A stretch of DNA of 32,000 nt from positions 9,941 through 41,940 of the forward strand of contig NZ_JAYKGW010000151.1 in assembly GCF_035285525.1 (NCBI RefSeq), given 5' to 3'. Numbering within the stretch: position 1 is the first letter of the stretch; every line of letters starts with the position of its first letter. This document shows, in pieces, positions 27,848 through 32,000 of this stretch. The position numbers were made by a program, and so were the translations under genes. This DNA is from Okeania sp. (GTDB lineage Bacteria > Cyanobacteriota > Cyanobacteriia > Cyanobacteriales > Microcoleaceae). Under the pieces are notes generated by a model. It was not told the origin of the DNA, searched no databases, and saw nothing but the letters and a program-made list of their open reading frames with translations.

Positions 27848-28047
27848 AGGGTGTGTTAGCGGTAGCGTAACGCACCCACACCCTATATATATTGCCTTTG
27901 CGTAAGTCCTGTGATAATTTCTGTTTCAAAAAAATAGGGAATTTTTATTTTTGGAGATGTCTAATAGAAGTTATTAACTAGCTATTAGCTTTTAGTATTC
28001 CGAAGCAAAACGCTCCTACTGGAGTGTCAAGACTAAAATTGTTAGGA

Positions 28048-28139
28048 CCTCTCCCCCAACCCCTCTCCTACGAGGAGAGGGGAGAAGGACTCCCCCTTCT
28101 CTTGCTAGGGTTGGGGGGGTTAGGTTTTTTAATCCCTGG
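28048..28139 (+). repeat. ~90-bp CTCCCCCAACCCCTCTCC...GGGTTGGGGGG repeat, copy 2
   Basis: CCTCTCCCCCAACCCCTCTCCTACGAGGAGAGGGGAGAAGGACTCCCCCTTCTCTTGCTAGGGTTGGGGGGGTTAGGTTTTTTAATCCC. Confidence 0.85.
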
Positions 28140-28182
28140 TTTCTATAAATCGGAAAGTTTAGGAAAGCTAAAACATCCTCTT

Positions 28183-29589
28183 CTAAAAGTTTACTGCTGA
28201 TTGCTGATTGCTGATTGCTGAGTGCTCTTTAAATTCATTTTCTAAATTTGTCGCAAATGGTAATTTTTGATTCAAGAAAAAATCTTCTATGTTTCCAGGT
28301 TCGCGAATAATTTCCATTTTTCCATCACTATAAGCTACTTCTGCGGGATAATTGTGCAGAGCAAAATTAGTTAAACTATGATTAAACCCATAAGCTCCAC
28401 AATTATAGATTACCAAGCGATCGCCTATTTCTATATCTTCTGGCACCATCACATCCTCTACCATAATATCTAAAGGTGTTGGCAGTTTTCCTCCCAGGGT
28501 TGCTTTCTGGGTATAGTCACCATTTTTTCCTAGCACTTCCATGTATTTACTTGCTGGTTTCATAGAAAGTCTTAATAGTTGGTGAACACCCCCATCCAAA
28601 ATAATAAATTTTTGTCCTAGAGATTCTTTGATATCAACTACCTCTGTCATATAACATCCTGCCTCTCCTACCATATAACGCCCCATCTCTACAATACAAT
28701 GATATGGATAAGGATTATTGTCAAAAATTCTTGGCAATTCTTGGCCAAAAGACTCCATATCAAATTCAGTATCCACAGCATTATAAGGTATACCAATGCC
28801 ACCACCAAAATCTAATAGGGAGATATGATAACCTTGGTCATTAATTCTGTTAGCTATATCAATGGTATTTGTCCAAGAATCTAGTAATTGATTGTAGTCT
28901 AGGACATTACTTTCCGTAAATATATGAATACCTTTTAAGTTAAGATTCTCCAAAGAATCTATAACTGCAATTTCTTCTATAGCTTTGTCTTCATCTACAC
29001 CAAATTTGCTAGATATACTAACGATAGTTTGACTTTTTAGACTAGGTTGGACACTATTAGGATCACTGTTACCACAACTACTGGCTTTTTCCCTAATTTC
29101 GCAACTCTGACTTTTTCTGTATAAGGGGTTAATCCGAATTAAGACATCTTGTTTTTTGCCATATTTTTTGGCCAAGCCATGCAAGCGACGAGCTTCATTT
29201 GCTGATTCTAGTACAATAATGCCAATCCCCATTTCTATGGCCACTGCTAGTTCAGAATTAGTTTTTCCTGGCCCTGTAAACACAATTTCTGAAGCTGAAA
29301 ATCCTGTTTTGAGTGCTGCTTGCAATTCTCCCGTTGAACTGATATCTGCTCCACATCCTAGTTGAGCCAATTTGTGGCAGATAGTTAAATTGCTATTGGC
29401 CTTGAGAGTATAGAGAATTTGGAAATTTGGCGGCAAGTAATCTCGTAGTTTGGCATATTGACAGCCAATTTTATTGAGATTGTAGAGGTATAGGGGACCC
29501 TTGTATTGTGCTGAGGCTGTTTTTATTTCTTGCTCAGATCAAAGAATTGAACGCACTTGATTTACATTCAAATTATTAGTATTTTTCAT
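28183..29589 (-). pseudogene. Type III PLP-dependent decarboxylase (Orn/DAP/Arg decarboxylase family) with an in-frame TGA at codon 17
   Basis: ORF 28183..29436 has the PLP-lysine motif YTLKAN, GGGIGIPY, and EMGRYMVGEAG / CGAYG-type C-terminal motifs. Upstream in the same frame it reads MKNTNNLNVNQVRSIL*SEQEIKTASAQYKGPLYLYNLNKIGCQYAKLRDYLPPNF... The GPLYLYNL strand is a conserved part of the fold. It lies upstream of the first usable start codon (the TTG at 29436), so a protein made from that start would lack it. The TGA is at 29539-29541 and the ATG at 29589. Confidence 0.65.
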
Positions 29590-29886
29590 ATAATTATACT
29601 TGAATTTTTCGGTTGTTGAATAATTTTTAGTAGTCAGTAGATATCTCCATAAAAGAGGGAATAGGAGAAAATAATTAGTTAAGCATTTCCTGTGGAATAC
29701 TGGGCTAACAGCTATTAGTAGTCAGCCGTCAGTTCCTGGCTTTATTAATGAATGAAGCCAGATTTTTTTTAACTTTTACTAGATTTTCAACCATCAATCT
29801 GAGTTATTAACCCATATAATTTGTGGTAATAAATTATAGAACCATTTGAATAGCTGTTAGCTGATTGCTAAATGCTGACAATAATT

Positions 29887-29988
29887 AGGACTTACACGGG
29901 AGGAACCCGGTTTCTACGATAAATCGTTGTTTTTAGCATTAATAATCTACCCTCGTACCGGGTTTGTGGGTTGATCTGCGTAAGTCCT
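29887..29988. mobile_element. AGGACTTAC...GCGTAAGTCCT MITE with a GAACCCGGTTTC...ACCGGGTTTG hairpin nested inside
   Basis: Termini are AGGACTTACA (29887-29896) and GCGTAAGTCCT (29978-29988). The inner arms are GGAACCCGGTTTC (29901-29913) and TACCGGGTTTG (29956-29966). Confidence 0.75.
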
Positions 29989-30445
29989 GAATAATTAACA
30001 ATTTCTGTACAACTATTGATTTTATTTTTTATTGTTGGAAATGTCTAAATAGTGAAAGATTTTTTTAGCAAAAAAGCAAGTGACTAATTCCGATATAAAC
30101 AAAATATTTATAACTCAAAGTAAGGAATATGTCAACAGCCAAAATATCATATTTTATCTGAACCGTAGTGCATTAAAATACAAGATTTAGCCAAAAACCC
30201 AGTTTATTACCGAAAAATTTGGGTAGTTAGGGAATAATTAATAATTAATAATTTGGATAGTGCAAATTTCTAGCAATAGTTATTCCTAGGTATAGGGTTT
30301 CCCATAGTCATAAAGTACATCTATGTTTTATTCTATTCCCTATTTCCTATTCCCTAAAGCCTAGAATTTTGTACTCTCTAGTCTAATAGACTAAAATAAA
30401 AAAAATTAGTCAAAATAGTTAAGTCTAATCGACAGGATTAAATAA

Positions 30446-31837
30446 ATGACAAAGCAACGCATTGTAGAAATATTAAGAAATGGTCAACCTAATGATCAAA
30501 TAACAATTCAAGGGTGGGTACGCACTAAGCGAGAGTTGAAAGAATTTGCTTTTGTAGAAGTTAATGATGGTTCATCTTTAGCTAATTTGCAAGTAGTATT
30601 AAATCCCGATCTACCAAATTATCAAGAAATTTTACAACAGATAAATACAGGTGCTTCGGTAGAAATGACTGGTGTTTTAGTGGAGTCCCCAGCAAAGGGA
30701 CAAAGAATTGAACTGAAGGCCGAAAGCGCGATCGCCTATGGTGATGCGGATCCTCAAACATATCCTTTGCAGAAAAAACGTCATTCTTTTGAGTTTCTCC
30801 GCACTATTGCCCATTTGCGAGGACGGACTAATACTTATGGGGCAGTTTTTCGGGTGAGAAATGCTTGTGCTAATGCCGTTCATAAATTTTTCCAAGAACG
30901 AGGTTTTTTGTGGGTTCATACTCCTATTATTAGTGCTAGTGACTGTGAGGGTGCAGGGGAAATGTTTACTGTTACTAATTTTGATTTAAAGAAAGTTCCT
31001 CTCACAGAAAAACAAGATGTTGATTTTAGTCAAGACTTTTTTGGAAAGCAGTCTTTTCTAACAGTAAGTGGACAATTAGAAGCAGAAATTATGGCAACTG
31101 CTTTTAGTAATGTTTATACATTCGGACCGACTTTTCGAGCCGAAAATTCTAATACTTCTCGACATTTAGCTGAGTTTTGGATGATTGAACCAGAGATGGC
31201 TTTTTGTGACTTAGAAGGGAATATGGACTTGGCTGAAGAATTTTTAAAATATATTTTTAAATCTGTCTTAGAAAGTTGTCCGGAGGATATGGAATTTTTC
31301 AATCAACGGATTGATAAAACTGTTTTGGAAACGGCAGATACGATTATTAATAATAGTTTTGAAAGAATTAGTTATACAGAGGCTGTTTCTTTATTGGAAA
31401 AGACAGATAAAAAGTTTGAATATCCGGTAGAATGGGGTTTGGATTTACAGTCAGAACATGAACGTTATTTGTGTGAGGAATTGTTTAAAAAACCTGTGAT
31501 TGTAACTGATTATCCAGCAAAAATTAAGGCTTTTTATATGCGGTTAAATGATGATGATAAGACAGTTAGGGCAATGGATGTTTTGGTGCCAAAAGTAGGA
31601 GAAATTATTGGAGGTTCTCAGAGGGAAGAACGTTTGAATATTTTGGAAAAAAGAATAAATGAACAGGAGATGAATAAAGAGGAATTATGGTGGTATTTAG
31701 ATTTGCGTAAATATGGTACAGTGCCTCATGCCGGATTTGGTTTGGGATTTGAAAGAGTAGTGCAGTTTATGACAGGAATGGGGAATATTCGAGATGTGAT
31801 TCCTTTCCCGAGAGCGCCATTAACTGTGGATTTTTAA
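30446..31837 (+). CDS. asnS: Asparagine--tRNA ligase
   Basis: 463 aa with an N-terminal OB anticodon-binding domain ([26 protein letters not shown]). Class II motifs are present: [32 protein letters not shown] and [12 protein letters not shown]. Confidence 0.92.
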   Translation: MTKQRIVEILRNGQPNDQITIQGWVRTKRELKEFAFVEVNDGSSLANLQVVLNPDLPNYQEILQQINTGASVEMTGVLVESPAKGQRIELKAESAIAYGDADPQTYPLQKKRHSFEFLRTIAHLRGRTNTYGAVFRVRNACANAVHKFFQERGFLWVHTPIISASDCEGAGEMFTVTNFDLKKVPLTEKQDVDFSQDFFGKQSFLTVSGQLEAEIMATAFSNVYTFGPTFRAENSNTSRHLAEFWMIEPEMAFCDLEGNMDLAEEFLKYIFKSVLESCPEDMEFFNQRIDKTVLETADTIINNSFERISYTEAVSLLEKTDKKFEYPVEWGLDLQSEHERYLCEELFKKPVIVTDYPAKIKAFYMRLNDDDKTVRAMDVLVPKVGEIIGGSQREERLNILEKRINEQEMNKEELWWYLDLRKYGTVPHAGFGLGFERVVQFMTGMGNIRDVIPFPRAPLTVDF

Positions 31838-31878
31838 TGTTAGGAATGATTATGGAAGACAAGGAAGACAAAGAAGTT

Positions 31879-31969
31879 TGTAGGTTGGGTTGACGAAAGG
31901 AAACCCAACCAAAATATCTATCTGAAAAGATGTATTGGTTGGGTTTTGCACTTCTCAACCCAACCTACG
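31879..31969. repeat. Two inverted copies of the TGTAGGTTGGGTTGA...AACCCAAC hairpin repeat
   Basis: TGTAGGTTGGGTTGACGAAAGGAAACCCAACC (31879-31910), plus the reverse-oriented GGTTGGGTTTTGCACTTCTCAACCCAACCTACG (31937-31969). This is the same family as 678-769. ORF 31767..31958 lies on it and is rejected. Confidence 0.85.
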
Positions 31970-32000
31970 TTATCAGCGATCGCTCATTTATAGCTTTTCC

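Noticed and set aside
25939-29541. In-frame TGA/TAG codons as programmed recoding (selenocysteine, pyrrolysine, or stop-codon reassignment)
   Set aside because: All three stop codons are also used as ordinary terminators of intact genes in the window. The interrupted positions are not catalytic Cys sites. I noticed no SECIS-like hairpin following the TGAs. Frameshifts and deletions co-occur in neighbouring genes. Simple pseudogenisation is the more economical explanation.
1-32000. tRNA, rRNA and tmRNA genes
   Set aside because: No cloverleaf-compatible sequences (for example GGTTCGAATCC-type T-arms) or rRNA-like stretches were seen in any intergenic region.

Overview
AT-rich chromosomal segment that looks like a filamentous, heterocyst-forming cyanobacterium (Nostocales). 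The evidence is repeated HIP1 octamers (GCGATCGC at 6325, 8249, 11805 and 31976, among others), heptamer STRR-type tandem repeats, a HetF-like CHAT protease, a CpcE/NblB-type HEAT-repeat protein, and several families of small hairpin repeats or MITEs filling almost every intergenic spacer. I found no rRNA, tRNA, CRISPR array or full-length IS element.

Genes that appear intact:
- a 5'-partial CIA30/NAD(P)-binding protein
- a TerB-like protein
- a 184-aa unknown protein
- a 786-aa CHAT-TM-TPR protease (HetF-like)
- an HxlR regulator
- a DUF1400-type alpha/beta hydrolase
- a small conserved protein
- a HEAT-repeat protein
- a CBS-pair protein
- a thioredoxin-like [2Fe-2S] ferredoxin
- a second alpha/beta hydrolase
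- an RsbW-like anti-sigma kinase
- three hypothetical proteins
- a SAM methyltransferase
- asnS

The dominant signal is gene decay. At least 8 coding regions carry in-frame stops, frameshifts or deletions: an Rpn-family nuclease, a PIN toxin remnant, a collapsed tandem array of TPR-sulfotransferase paralogs, a roughly 1000-codon polysaccharide-modification-type gene, an SDR, a PLP decarboxylase, and probably a CEOS-like dehydrogenase and a DUF2785-like gene. This resembles an eroding, symbiont-like Nostocales genome such as 'Nostoc azollae', but that is speculation.

I did not find an intact, clearly novel multi-gene system. The best candidates for follow-up are:
1. A co-directional decarboxylase / opine-type dehydrogenase / SDR / methyltransferase cluster (24837-29589), which I cannot assign to a known cyanobacterial pathway and which is being inactivated here.
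2. An 8-kb block (8753-17075) bounded by inverted copies of a ~150-bp element and filled with decayed sulfotransferase and TPR genes.
3. The nested small-repeat architecture seen throughout the window.
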